From NCBI GenBank assembly GCA_016783665.1, contig JADHWC010000003.1, positions 1,959 to 65,958 on the forward strand: a stretch of DNA of 64,000 nt, read 5' to 3'. The notes under the pieces are model-generated. The model did no database searches and had not been told where the DNA came from. It saw nothing but the letters and a program-made list of their open reading frames with translations. The stretch's first letter is position 1. Each line of letters starts with the position of its first letter. Positions 1-10,221 of this stretch are shown piece after piece. Source of the DNA: Fidelibacterota bacterium. Its GTDB lineage: Bacteria > Fidelibacterota > UBA2242. The position numbers and the translations under genes were made by a program.

Positions 1-540
1 AATTAAATTAATATTTTTGGATTTGAAGGTATTGATTTTAGTTGTAATAACGTGATTCTTTTTACTATAATACAGTGTTCGAAGTTCAAGAATTGCGAGT
101 TTATCATTATAGGTATGTTCCTTTAATGGTATCATATCTAAACGTTTAAGTTCGTCTATTTTTTTTATATCGTGTTTTAAAAGAAATTCATGACAGAGGG
201 GGCTGCATTTTATTGTGTCAGATAACAATATGGGCATATCTTTGAATTTTCCGACAAATAAACCGTCATACCATTTTCTTAAATAGAACAAAGCCTTTTT
301 ACCAACCCCCCTATATAACTCAAGTTCATAAAGTGATTTATTACTAATATTTCCAAGGGTTTTAAAATTTGAAATTAGTTTTTTATATGAAAAAAGTGGG
401 TTTGGATTTTCACTTTGTGAAAATAAAAATATTTTTGAAATTTCAATTTCATTTAACTCAGGGGGAATCAAAAAGACAATCTTTTTATTGTCAACTAATG
501 TCTCAGTCGATCTTCGTACTTTTTTTACTAATTGTGGCAT
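1..540 (-). CDS. Partial hypothetical protein; the 3' end runs beyond the window start and it is not in the supplied ORF track
   Basis: Hand translation of the minus strand from ATG at 540 (RBS-like AAGGGAG 7-12 nt upstream) to position 1 gives 180 codons with no stop in AT-rich DNA (MPQLVKKVRRSTETLVDNKKIVFLIPPELNEIEISK...). No recognisable family. Confidence 0.5.
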   Translation of the reverse strand, partial: MPQLVKKVRRSTETLVDNKKIVFLIPPELNEIEISKIFLFSQSENPNPLFSYKKLISNFKTLGNISNKSLYELELYRGVGKKALFYLRKWYDGLFVGKFKDMPILLSDTIKCSPLCHEFLLKHDIKKIDELKRLDMIPLKEHTYNDKLAILELRTLYYSKKNHVITTKINTFKSKNINLI

Positions 541-1102
541 GTTTTCTCCCTTTTTTAATCTATTTTCAACATTTCAAATTACTCGATAGTATTCAAAAAT
601 AAAACAGGATTTTTTATTTTTAAATGATACTTATACAGGCAATTGCAAGCATGAAATATCTTGATTGCGCGATAAAATGTTATTGATTTGTTTTGTAACC
701 GTTATACTCTCTATTTTTCCCTTTTGTTAATATAAGTCTCGTCACTGAATTTTAAAAACGTTCTGATAATATTAATTACCTGGAATCCGCCTAATAAGCC
801 TGCTATTGATTGAACTTTTAATAATGGATCCCAATCTTTACAAAATAAAAGTCCTACAATATTGAGGAGCTTTTATTTTTATAAATTTAAGTGATCAACT
901 ATTTAAAAATTGCATGAATCTATTCCTCCAAATAGCCGTGCCTTTTAAGACGTAAATTATAAATCACCCCACTAATCCAGGTTTTTACCATTGCTAAAAT
1001 GATAAATACTCAATTTTTATCCGGCGTAGATTTATCATTGACGGATGTTAATGGGCATAAGCGCCCCTCTCTCACCATTTCCGAATTCATTCGGAATATC
1101 CT

Positions 1103-2164
1103 TCAAGTACTCGAGATAAAATCGCAGATATAATCACCAATCTCTTCGGTTCCCATAATGCCGCCTATATCGATCGTGACCCAATGCTGTTCAAAATTAT
1201 TCTCGATAGCCCGATCTAACACTTCTGCTTCCGTAAATAATGATAATTCTTCCAGGATATATCGAAACGCTAAAATAGCGCCTAATGGATTTACGATATT
1301 ATGACCTGCTAATTTATGTGATGCGCTTTGCATTATCCGGTAAAGAGAAATGACATTTGGATTCACTTCAACAGACATTGCTAATCCAAACCCGCCGGTA
1401 ATTACAGTTGACAGTGTGGATAACAAATCTCCATACATACTTGTCGTTAAAATTACATCATATTTATCCGGATTATTTATTATCTCTTTAATTGCAGTGT
1501 TGATAAGTATATAATTAACCGAAATATCCGGATATTCCGACGCAATATCTTCTATAACGGATCCCCAAAGTTGATGACTGACGGGAAATAGCGTACCACG
1601 ATCGATGAAACTAATTTGCTTTCTTTCCTTCTTTTTTACAAACTCAAAGGAACCCCGAATAAACTGCTCAACATTTTTTCTTGTAAAAACAGAGGAATGC
1701 AGGACTAATTCAGTATCTTTATCTTTATTAATGTAATTTTCCAACGGTGCGGCATAACCTTCCGTATTTTCTTTGATTATCAGGAAATCTGTCTTTTTCA
1801 CTTCGGTATCTTTCACTGAAGAGAGCCAGTTTCTGTATAGTTTTACGGGCTGAATATTCAGAAACAAGTTCAACTGGTGTCTAAAGCCTAAAACAATTTC
1901 CTTAGCATTTTTCATATTGGGAATTCTCGGATCTCCCAGTGGTCCCAGCAGAATAACATCATAATTTTTTGAAAGCTGTTCGACAAATTCAGGCGGGAGC
2001 GATATTCCGGACTTCAGGTAATAATCAGCTCCATATGGAAATTTAGTTATCTCGATGCCGGAATTGTATTTAGAATTAAGCGAGTTCGCTATTTTATCAA
2101 CTTGTGCAATCAAATCAGGTCCGACGCCGTCCCCTTCAATGATCGCTATACGATTCGGCTTCAT
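1103..2164 (-). CDS. Isocitrate/isopropylmalate dehydrogenase family protein (LeuB/ICDH-like)
   Basis: 353 aa; N-terminal IAIIEGDGVGPD nucleotide-binding motif, NTEGYA and a C-terminal GD..S region typical of the beta-decarboxylating dehydrogenase family. Confidence 0.8.
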   Translation of the reverse strand: MKPNRIAIIEGDGVGPDLIAQVDKIANSLNSKYNSGIEITKFPYGADYYLKSGISLPPEFVEQLSKNYDVILLGPLGDPRIPNMKNAKEIVLGFRHQLNLFLNIQPVKLYRNWLSSVKDTEVKKTDFLIIKENTEGYAAPLENYINKDKDTELVLHSSVFTRKNVEQFIRGSFEFVKKKERKQISFIDRGTLFPVSHQLWGSVIEDIASEYPDISVNYILINTAIKEIINNPDKYDVILTTSMYGDLLSTLSTVITGGFGLAMSVEVNPNVISLYRIMQSASHKLAGHNIVNPLGAILAFRYILEELSLFTEAEVLDRAIENNFEQHWVTIDIGGIMGTEEIGDYICDFISST

Positions 2165-2281
2165 TGCTTTTCCTCTTCAACCCTACTATGTAATTTACAA
2201 ATTCACCACATAGTATGTTATGTATGTAAATTACTTTTGGGTTTATATATTGTTTAAAGTTCTTCAAATGACGTTATAAGG

Positions 2282-3556
2282 TTAATATCGGTCATAAATA
2301 TTTTCATAATAAGGCGTTAATAGCCTATAATCACCGAAACCGGTTTCATCAACAAAAACAAACGTTCGGTTAATTTCATAATAGTACCATATTTCGTAAG
2401 GTTTTGATTGGATTTCAAAAGGATGGCGTTCGATATCGTTTGGTGGACCGAACAATATAAATACCATTCCCATATCAGTCTTCCATCCATCCATAAAACC
2501 GGTGAAATGTTCGTTTGAATATTGAATGCGTTTATAATATTCGTTCATAATTTCATTTTCTGTCGTGGCAGGTGATGGATCACGCTGTTTCCAGAATTTA
2601 ATAAATTTCTCTTTCTTTTCTTTTGGTTTGGATTTTTGCAGGTCTTTGATAACTTTTGTGTTGGTGATATATTTCAGTTGTTCAATTGCATCGTCGAGGT
2701 TATCGATGAGTTTAGACATACCGAGCCAGCGTAATTGAAAGACCCGCTCGCTTGTGATCTGATCCTCTCCGATATTTATTGTGATGGAAATACGGTATTT
2801 GGCAAAACCCAATTTTGATTTGTTTATTACCAGCTGTTTTTTTGAGATTCCAGTTACAAAAGTATCTTTTTTAGTTGCAGATAATAGTACTTTTTTATCC
2901 ATATCAAAAATGGAATACTTAATGCTACCCAATCCACCTTCGGATAAGATGTCGAACGATACGGTAAATTCCGGTTTACGATCTGTTATAGTGCCTTCCA
3001 CCGATGTAATATCTTCAGTTTCACCAGCTTTATTTTTAATTTTTTGTTCGATAATATTGATATTACTCAGCGTGATTGCTTTTTCGTAAAAATGGCTGAC
3101 GTCAATTTTCTTTTTACGAAAACTGCTCTTTTTAGTGTCCAGGTCAAGTACGCCAATCGTAAGCAGAAATTTGTCAGGCAATACTTTAAATTCGACTTTA
3201 TTCACATCGAATACTTCCCGGGAGTTTGTTTCTTTATAAGATTCAGTGTTCAATTCCTGCCGCCAAATCCTTGACGCGACTTTGGCGTCGTCTTCACTTA
3301 AAAGTAATATGGAAATTTCGTAGCGACCGGTATATTTCCGACCTTTCTTAATAAACTGAATAGCGTCAAAAGGAACTTTAGTAATAACTTCAAGTCGTAT
3401 TGAATCCCTGCTTATCATTGGATAGGTAATAGCTTCATAATAGAAGAAAGGTATATCTGATTTCTCATTATTTTTTGGTTTGTGATCGTCTTTAGCAAAT
3501 CCAACTTCTAACATTGTTAAAATTATTACCGATAATGTGTAGATTTTAATTCGCAT
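2282..3556 (-). CDS. GWxTD domain-containing secreted protein (paralog 1)
   Basis: C-terminus has GWKTDMG...FILFGPP...YEIWYY. A signal peptide begins at an internal Met (MRIKIYTLSVIILTMLEVGFA), so the start is placed at 3556 rather than 3616. Confidence 0.7.
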   Translation of the reverse strand: MRIKIYTLSVIILTMLEVGFAKDDHKPKNNEKSDIPFFYYEAITYPMISRDSIRLEVITKVPFDAIQFIKKGRKYTGRYEISILLLSEDDAKVASRIWRQELNTESYKETNSREVFDVNKVEFKVLPDKFLLTIGVLDLDTKKSSFRKKKIDVSHFYEKAITLSNINIIEQKIKNKAGETEDITSVEGTITDRKPEFTVSFDILSEGGLGSIKYSIFDMDKKVLLSATKKDTFVTGISKKQLVINKSKLGFAKYRISITINIGEDQITSERVFQLRWLGMSKLIDNLDDAIEQLKYITNTKVIKDLQKSKPKEKKEKFIKFWKQRDPSPATTENEIMNEYYKRIQYSNEHFTGFMDGWKTDMGMVFILFGPPNDIERHPFEIQSKPYEIWYYYEINRTFVFVDETGFGDYRLLTPYYENIYDRY

Positions 3557-5213
3557 AGCGCCTCCATTGGTACTTGGTGAGTCCATTATCGGTTCCAAAC
3601 CATACTTGCTCACCATCTATTAAAACCTTATATATAAAATTACCTGCCAATCCATCTGACATTGTGTAATGTTCAGTATAAAAATCATCGATACGCACTA
3701 AAAATGCTCCATTATCCGTACCAACCCATAAATATTTTTTATCAACGGACATATCAAAAATATAAGAATTGGTCACAGGAATGACCTGGGGAATCGAAGT
3801 AAATATTTTTTTTGCATGATGATACATCAATAATCCGCCATACCGGGAAAAGATCGTTACCGAATCGTTTGATGCTATGGAATTCACATTCGACGCAACT
3901 GCTTCATCAATATCAATTCTTTCCCCAAACATATCGTAATGTTCGACATTATGAGTTAATTTGTCAATGGAATATAGACCATTATTTGTTCCTATCCAGA
4001 TAATATCCTTTGAACAAAGAACCTTATATATTTTCATTTTTTGTCTGTCGCGTGTCAGATAAACTCTTTTAATGGCGAAGGAAGGCAGCTTAATCTTATT
4101 AAGCCCAAGGGGCGTTCCTATCCAGGCAAGCGTGTCTTCCAGGGCGATTGTCCATACAATCTCATCCTGCAGCCCTTTTGTCATGGAATACCGTTTCCAA
4201 TAGTTCTTATGATAATTATAAATCGACAGTCCCTGATCAGTGCCAATCCACAGCCGCTTATCATTATATGCGATATCATTTACTATTTCAGATGCTAATT
4301 CGGGGATTAATTCAGTTTCTAAGTATTCCCAGCTGTCATTATCGAGATCATAGACAGAAATTCCGGATCGGTTAAATAGAGTTTGTAAATTTTTAGAACT
4401 ACTTCCCATCCAAAGTCTGTCATCGGAGAGAGTTAAGGCATTTATGGAATTTTGCATCGGACCTTTTGAATAGACGGTCATATTTTTTACATTCATATCA
4501 CCTTCAAATAGACCTAAACCCCAGGCGCCACCGTAAAGATCGAGATTGAAATCAGAATAAAAAACACTCACTGAATATTCACGGAAATCATCATCATAGA
4601 TCAAGCCATCGGCTTCAAACCGGTATGGCTGATTAATGGCAAATTTATGCAATGATGGTAACGGATCAATTCTGCTGGGAGCCCATTTGATTAGATCGGA
4701 CTGTCCGTTAGAAACACTGGAATAAAATCCCAGAGTTTTGCTGATTGATATTATATCACCTTTCGATGTCTGCAGCCATAGATAAGAATTATCCATTCCC
4801 AAGCGAATAATTGACTCAGTATCAGGAATATGGATTTGATCGTTGGAAATATTTTCCCACTTTTCCGCCGAAGGATTTAAATAACTCACACCTGAACTGT
4901 GAGCAGCCCAGATATAATTCGTTGATGGATCAAATAAAACGGCTGTCACAAAATCATCCGCCATTCCATCACTGCTAGTATAAGGTTCCTCCCAGTATCG
5001 TCCGTATTTATGATATGGAATCACGCCACCGCTTGTACCGTAATATATATACTCGTAACCTTCGCTCAGACTCGTTGGAAAATTACAATTTTTATAGCTG
5101 ATCCAATCATCCAGATTATATATTCTGACAGGCGCTGTAAATTCATCGTTAGCGAAGGTTTGTCCGCTAAAAACTAATAGAAGTGATATGATTATAGTGT
5201 ATAAGTTTCGCAT
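3546..5213 (-). CDS. Secreted beta-propeller protein with two-component-regulator-propeller-like repeats
   Basis: 555 aa with an N-terminal signal peptide and repeated W(I/V/F)GT(D)(N/Q)GL motifs (WIGTDQGL, WIGTNNGL, WVGTDNGA, WFGTDNGL). Confidence 0.65.
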   Translation of the reverse strand: MRNLYTIIISLLLVFSGQTFANDEFTAPVRIYNLDDWISYKNCNFPTSLSEGYEYIYYGTSGGVIPYHKYGRYWEEPYTSSDGMADDFVTAVLFDPSTNYIWAAHSSGVSYLNPSAEKWENISNDQIHIPDTESIIRLGMDNSYLWLQTSKGDIISISKTLGFYSSVSNGQSDLIKWAPSRIDPLPSLHKFAINQPYRFEADGLIYDDDFREYSVSVFYSDFNLDLYGGAWGLGLFEGDMNVKNMTVYSKGPMQNSINALTLSDDRLWMGSSSKNLQTLFNRSGISVYDLDNDSWEYLETELIPELASEIVNDIAYNDKRLWIGTDQGLSIYNYHKNYWKRYSMTKGLQDEIVWTIALEDTLAWIGTPLGLNKIKLPSFAIKRVYLTRDRQKMKIYKVLCSKDIIWIGTNNGLYSIDKLTHNVEHYDMFGERIDIDEAVASNVNSIASNDSVTIFSRYGGLLMYHHAKKIFTSIPQVIPVTNSYIFDMSVDKKYLWVGTDNGAFLVRIDDFYTEHYTMSDGLAGNFIYKVLIDGEQVWFGTDNGLTKYQWRRYAN

Positions 5214-5241
5214 ATAAATAAATCTTTTAAATTTAACAGAA

Positions 5242-5372
5242 CATCCCCCTTTTTATTCCCCCTTTACTAAGGGGGATTTTAATTTTCCCCTCTAATAAGA
5301 GGGGTGTCCGGCAGCTGCCGGACGGGGTGTGTTACTCCCTTCACCGAAGGAATGATCTCTTTCATAATCCTC
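5242..5372. repeat. Triple-hairpin repeat copy 1, overlapping the 3' end and stop of the DUF559 gene
   Basis: Three consecutive palindromes: ccccctttactaaggggg, cccctctaataagagggg and ccggcagctgccgg. They recur at 5767-5900 and partially at 5929-5966. Confidence 0.8.
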
Positions 5373-5714
5373 AATCCAATTTCTAATACCTTCTAATACT
5401 TCATCCATATTCTTTTTCACATCAATGTCCGAAAATCTTAAAAACTTAAGTCCAAGGGATTCAAGAAGCTTTCGACGTTTATAATCTACACCCCCTTTAA
5501 ATTCGTGACTCACTCCATCTATCTCAATTATTAAATTTAATTTTGGACAGAAGAAATCGACTATATAATTGTTAATCGGTTTTTGCCTGTGAAAATCATA
5601 GCCTTTCATTTTTTTACATTTTAGATAATTCCATAATAGAACTTCAGACAAGGTGCTATTATTACGGAGCTTTCTGGCAAGTAATTTGAGATGTGGATTG
5701 TAGTAGATTTTCAT
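5292..5714 (-). CDS. DUF559 / endonuclease-domain protein (Vsr-like fold)
   Basis: 140 aa with the typical DUF559 core (LWNYLK...FHRQKPI..YIVDFFCP...IEIDG..H). The last ~25 codons are encoded by the hairpin repeat. Confidence 0.75.
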   Translation of the reverse strand: MKIYYNPHLKLLARKLRNNSTLSEVLLWNYLKCKKMKGYDFHRQKPINNYIVDFFCPKLNLIIEIDGVSHEFKGGVDYKRRKLLESLGLKFLRFSDIDVKKNMDEVLEGIRNWIEDYERDHSFGEGSNTPRPAAAGHPSY

Positions 5715-5766
5715 TTTTGAAACTCGTTATACATTTTTAAAATAACAAGCGGTAAATAGGATATAA

Positions 5767-5966
5767 CATCCCCCTTTTTATTCCCCCTTTAATAAGGGGG
5801 ATTTTAATTTTCCCCTCTAATAAGAGGGGTGTCCGGCAGAGCTGCCGGGCGGGGTGTGTCGCTCTCTTCACCGAAAGAATGATCTCTTTCATAATCTTCG
5901 TTTTAGAAATTAGAATAAATACCAAATCACATCCCCCCTTTTATTCCCCCTTTACTAAGGGGGACT
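5767..5966. repeat. Triple-hairpin repeat copy 2 (5767-5900, including a ~40 bp duplicate of the DUF559 3' coding end) plus partial copy 3 (5929-5966)
   Basis: Near-identical to 5242-5372, ending ...caccgaaagaatgatctctttcataatc; a third truncated copy covers only the first hairpin. Confidence 0.8.
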
Positions 5967-6021
5967 TACAAAGGGTGTTACAATCAATTGTAAAAAATAT
6001 TTTCTCCATCACAAGATGTTA

Positions 6022-7110
6022 TCAATTACGAATAAACATTTTTCCTGCCAGCTGGCGCACGATGCCTTTCAATTCTAAATTGAGAAGTGCCGGAAGCACT
6101 TCGTAGGATGATTTGTGAAGAGTTTCTGCCAACGAATCAATATCTATAGGATCATTCGACAGAGCATCAAAAACTGCTTTTTCAAATCCTTCCAAATCAA
6201 ATTCGATATTCAGTTGTCGGGGCGTACTTGGAAATTTGCGAATGCGATCGATTTCTATCAGAATATCATCGATATTTGTGACAAGTTTTGCACCTTTTTG
6301 GATTAAACGATTAGTCCCTTTACTCTTGATATCATCTAATCTGCCAGGGATGGCAAACACCTCCCTGTTCTGATCAACAGCATAATAAGCAGTCAGGATT
6401 GCTCCGCTCTTTTCGCCTGCCTCAATGACCACAACTCCCAGACTCATACCGGAAATAATACGATTTCGCCGGGGAAAATTGACAGCATCCGGCTTTGTTC
6501 CGATTGGAAATTCCGTACAATATGCTCCGTTTTGAATTATCTGATTTTTTAGTTCACGATTTTCTTGCGGATATATCCTGTCGATCCCATTTCCCAAAAC
6601 TGCAATAGTGCGTCCTCCGTGAAGAAGCGCCGTTTTATGCGCGGCTGTATCAATTCCCCGCGCAAAACCACTGACAATCACGATCTGTTGTTCCACCAAT
6701 CCCTCGACTAAGTCTTCGACAACTTTCTTTCCATAGGAGCTTGGTTTTCGGGTGCCGACTACCGCGATCGCATCAACATCGATTTCAGTAAAGTCTCCCA
6801 TATAATATAGAACTATTGGCGGATCGTATATATTTTTTAATTGAGTTGGATAACTTTCATCGAAAATAGTCGTCAATTTGAATGGACTTTTCTGCAATTC
6901 TATTAACTGTGAATCAACAAAATCCGCTGTATCAGATTTTTTTATAGCTTTCGCCAGGCGATAATCAATTCCGGGAATCCGGCATAATTCATCAATGGAC
7001 GCACCGAAGAACTGCTCGATATTCTTAAAATGCCGCACGACACTCAAAATCCTTCTTGGTCCTAATCCGGGTATCGATAACAATTGCAGCGCTGTTCGTT
7101 GATTATCCAT
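6022..7110 (-). CDS. dprA: DNA processing protein DprA (Smf)
   Basis: 362 aa with the Rossmann-like DprA core GFARGIDTAAHKTAL...GNGID.IYP...SG.S.G.V..EA...SG; overlaps obg by 8 nt. Confidence 0.88.
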   Translation of the reverse strand: MDNQRTALQLLSIPGLGPRRILSVVRHFKNIEQFFGASIDELCRIPGIDYRLAKAIKKSDTADFVDSQLIELQKSPFKLTTIFDESYPTQLKNIYDPPIVLYYMGDFTEIDVDAIAVVGTRKPSSYGKKVVEDLVEGLVEQQIVIVSGFARGIDTAAHKTALLHGGRTIAVLGNGIDRIYPQENRELKNQIIQNGAYCTEFPIGTKPDAVNFPRRNRIISGMSLGVVVIEAGEKSGAILTAYYAVDQNREVFAIPGRLDDIKSKGTNRLIQKGAKLVTNIDDILIEIDRIRKFPSTPRQLNIEFDLEGFEKAVFDALSNDPIDIDSLAETLHKSSYEVLPALLNLELKGIVRQLAGKMFIRN

Positions 7111-8080
7111 TTTGCTCTAATAATTTAACAATTTTTTCGACTAAATTATTCAATCCGTCTCCGTTGATTGCCGAAATCGGAATTACATCAATCTTCGATA
7201 TTTGCGGTAAATTGATTTCAGAAATAATATCTGTTTTTGTTAATGCTATTAAGCGTGGTTTATCGGAAAATATATCAAGATATTTATCCAATTCGGCATT
7301 TAATATCTGATATTGACCGATGATATCTTCCTCGGTTGCTTCGATAAGAAAAACAAGTACCTTTGTACGTTCCAGATGCCGCAGGAACCGATGACCAAGT
7401 CCTTTCCCCTGATGCGCCCCTTCGATTAAACCGGGAATGTCAGCCATGACAAAACTTCGATATGTTCCATATTTAACAATACCTAAATTTGGCACCAAGG
7501 TTGTGAAGGGGTAGCTGGCGATCTTGGGACGAGCAGTGGTTAATTTTGAAATTAGAGTTGATTTTCCGGCGTTTGGAAAACCGACCAATCCCACATCGGA
7601 AATTACTTTCAATTCAATAACAAGGTTCTTCTCTTCTCCGGGTATTCCCTGTTCGGCATAACGAGGCGCTCGGTTAGTGGAAGTTGCAAAGTTTGCGTTT
7701 CCCCTGCCGCCTTTCCCGCCGGTCGCAACAATAAACGAATCATTCTTTTTTGTCAAATCTGCGAGAACAGCGCCGCTATCTTTATTGGATATTACCGTAC
7801 CGGGAGGAACATTTATTATCACCGGTTTTGCGTCCTGACCGGTTTTTCTACTACCCTGCCCCGCTCCTCCGTTTTTGGCTTTATAGCTTTTATGATACTT
7901 GATATCCTGAAGTGTGAACAGGTTATTATCAACGCGAATGATAATATCGCCTCCGCGACCGCCATCACCGCCACTGGGTCCTCCTTTCGGAACGTGCTTC
8001 TCCCGTCGAAATGCCACACATCCCTTACCGCCATCCCCTGATTTTACATATACTTTTGTCCAGTCAACAAACAATATCAT
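7103..8080 (-). CDS. obg: GTPase Obg
   Basis: The N-terminal Obg fold is glycine-rich (FVD...SGDGGKGCVAFRREK..PKGGPSGGDGGRGG), followed by GTPase G1 (GFPNAGKST) and DIPGLIEGA. Confidence 0.92.
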   Translation of the reverse strand: MILFVDWTKVYVKSGDGGKGCVAFRREKHVPKGGPSGGDGGRGGDIIIRVDNNLFTLQDIKYHKSYKAKNGGAGQGSRKTGQDAKPVIINVPPGTVISNKDSGAVLADLTKKNDSFIVATGGKGGRGNANFATSTNRAPRYAEQGIPGEEKNLVIELKVISDVGLVGFPNAGKSTLISKLTTARPKIASYPFTTLVPNLGIVKYGTYRSFVMADIPGLIEGAHQGKGLGHRFLRHLERTKVLVFLIEATEEDIIGQYQILNAELDKYLDIFSDKPRLIALTKTDIISEINLPQISKIDVIPISAINGDGLNNLVEKIVKLLEQNG

Positions 8081-8214
8081 TACTCCATTGGGTTTTAATC
8101 ATCCGTATTTAAACTAAATTTATTCAGTTAAGTTGCAAATATAATCTTCAAAAAAATACCTTCTATTCAATCAAGGTTAGAAGGTATTTAGAATAAAGCT
8201 AAATGGAAAGTGAA

Positions 8215-10089
8215 TTATTTTGTCGCTTCTTCCATTATTTCATTCAAGCGCTGGACGAATTCCGTCGGATTTGTCAAATTGCCATCAATTAACATCGCTG
8301 ATTCATATAGCTGCAGAATTGACTTTCTCAGAAGCGGATCCTTGCTGTCGCCTATATTCAACCGGGACAAATTTTTAATTAAATGATGGACTGGATTTAT
8401 TTCAAGAATCTTTTTCCGGGGTATAACTTCCTGATTCATGATTTTCATCATTCTTTCCATTTGCGGATCCAAGCCATCTTTCCCGACGACCAAAGTCACA
8501 GGTGAATTTACCAGGCGTTTTGAGACTGTCACATCCTCTACTTTATCGCCAAGAGTTTCCTTAAATACCGAAATCAGTGAGTTTGTCATTGTCTCGTTTA
8601 GCGAATCAGCTTCTTCACTGTCTTTATCCTTTTTCTCATCATCCAGCGTGATATCCGCTTTATCGATGGATTTTAAGGGTTTTTTATCATACTCGTTTAT
8701 TGATGGAGTGACAAAAACGTCCACCGGATCAGTCATTAACAATACTTCGATATCATTTTTCCTGAAATATTCAAGATTAGGATTTCTTTCCACAATATCC
8801 CGGTCCTCGCCTGAAAGATAATAAATCTCTCTCTGCTTTTTCTTCATTCGTGTGATATAATCGTCCAGTGATACCAATTCCCCTTTTGGTTTTGCCGTCG
8901 ATTCAAAACGAAGAAGTTTGATAATTTTATCACGGTTTCCAAAGTTACTATTAACACCTGTTTTGAATAGCATACCAAAATTCTTATAGAACTTTTCAAA
9001 TTTGCCGATATCATTTTTTGACCAATCTTCAAGCATATTGATAATTCTGGTGGTTAAAATTGTTTTGATTTTAGCCATAACCGGACTGTGCTGTGTGACT
9101 TCACGAGAGATATTTAATGGTAAATCTTCCGTATCAACAACACCACGAACAAATGTTAAATATTCCGGTAATAGATCTTTAGCATCGTCCTGAATAAAAA
9201 TACGATTTGAATAGAGATGAAGTCCTTTATCTTCAAGATCATAAAAAAGATTCATTGGAGCTTTTGGCGGTACAAACAATAAAGCCTTAAAGTTAACCGC
9301 GCCTTCGAGAGATAGATGCAGATGACCAAGCGGAGCTTCAAAATCATTAGCGACAAACTTATAAAACTCGATCAATTCATCCTCTTTTAATTCATCTTTT
9401 GACCGGCGCCATAAAGCATCAACAGTATTCGCTTTCTCTTTGCCTATTTCAATCGGGAAATCGACAAAGTTAGAATATTTTTTAATAGTCGATTTAACGC
9501 GATAATCTTCACTAAAATCTTTATGTTCATCCTTTAAACGGAAACTGATTGATGTACCCCGTTTCTTACGGTCAATTTCCTCTATTGTAAATGAACCTTG
9601 TCCGTTTGACGTCCAGCGATACCCTTTTGACCCGGGATTAGCGTGACGGGTTTCTATGACTACCTCGTCAGTTACCATAAAAACAGAATAAAATCCAACG
9701 CCAAATTGACCGATTAAATCTCCCTCAGGAACTTTCCCATTTTTCTGTATCTCTTCCAAAAACTTCAACGTACCGGAATTTGCCACCGTACCGATGTTCT
9801 TGATCAGATCTTCTTCGGTCATTCCAATACCCGAATCTTCTATCGAAAATAACTGCTTTTTAGTATCCAAATTTATCGATATTTTCAGATCAGCATCAGG
9901 ATCAGTGATTTCCTGATTCGTTATCTGTAAAAAACGTACTTTATTCAAGGCATCGGAGGCATTGGAGATTAATTCTCTTAGAAATACTTCCGGATGAGTA
10001 TAAAGGGAATGAACAATCAGATGAAGCAGTTGAGTTAATTCTGCTTTAAACTTATAGGTTTTTTTTGATTTAGTCGAATTTTTAGCCAT
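8215..10089 (-). CDS. htpG: Molecular chaperone HtpG (Hsp90)
   Basis: 624 aa with the GHKL ATPase motif LRELISNASDAL near the N-terminus and a typical Hsp90 middle and C-terminal domain. Confidence 0.95.
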   Translation of the reverse strand: MAKNSTKSKKTYKFKAELTQLLHLIVHSLYTHPEVFLRELISNASDALNKVRFLQITNQEITDPDADLKISINLDTKKQLFSIEDSGIGMTEEDLIKNIGTVANSGTLKFLEEIQKNGKVPEGDLIGQFGVGFYSVFMVTDEVVIETRHANPGSKGYRWTSNGQGSFTIEEIDRKKRGTSISFRLKDEHKDFSEDYRVKSTIKKYSNFVDFPIEIGKEKANTVDALWRRSKDELKEDELIEFYKFVANDFEAPLGHLHLSLEGAVNFKALLFVPPKAPMNLFYDLEDKGLHLYSNRIFIQDDAKDLLPEYLTFVRGVVDTEDLPLNISREVTQHSPVMAKIKTILTTRIINMLEDWSKNDIGKFEKFYKNFGMLFKTGVNSNFGNRDKIIKLLRFESTAKPKGELVSLDDYITRMKKKQREIYYLSGEDRDIVERNPNLEYFRKNDIEVLLMTDPVDVFVTPSINEYDKKPLKSIDKADITLDDEKKDKDSEEADSLNETMTNSLISVFKETLGDKVEDVTVSKRLVNSPVTLVVGKDGLDPQMERMMKIMNQEVIPRKKILEINPVHHLIKNLSRLNIGDSKDPLLRKSILQLYESAMLIDGNLTNPTEFVQRLNEIMEEATK

Positions 10090-10221
10090 TGGATAATTCC
10101 TTATATAATTTGCATAATTATTGAAAAGCGCATTGAGATGTTACGAATATCATGCCAAAATTTTTAAACGTCATATTGTCAGATATTATTTCCGGAATAC
10201 CATAAAACCTAACCTGGATAA

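Noticed and set aside
369-602. 77-aa plus-strand ORF in the ORF track
   Set aside because: It lies antisense to and inside the much longer, stop-free minus-strand frame (1-540), has low complexity and no RBS, so it is most likely spurious.
5737-5925. 62-aa ORF and the 75-aa ORF at 5879-6106
   Set aside because: Both lie within or overlap the triple-hairpin repeat copy and the dprA 3' end; they are GC-clamp-driven and have no homology signal.
7819-8117. Antisense and alternative-frame ORFs inside obg (7819-8034 -, 7914-8117 +), plus similar ones inside htpG, hydA, the EF-G gene, smc and groEL
   Set aside because: They are embedded in well-supported conserved genes and are glycine/proline-rich reflections of the coding strand, the typical shadow ORFs.
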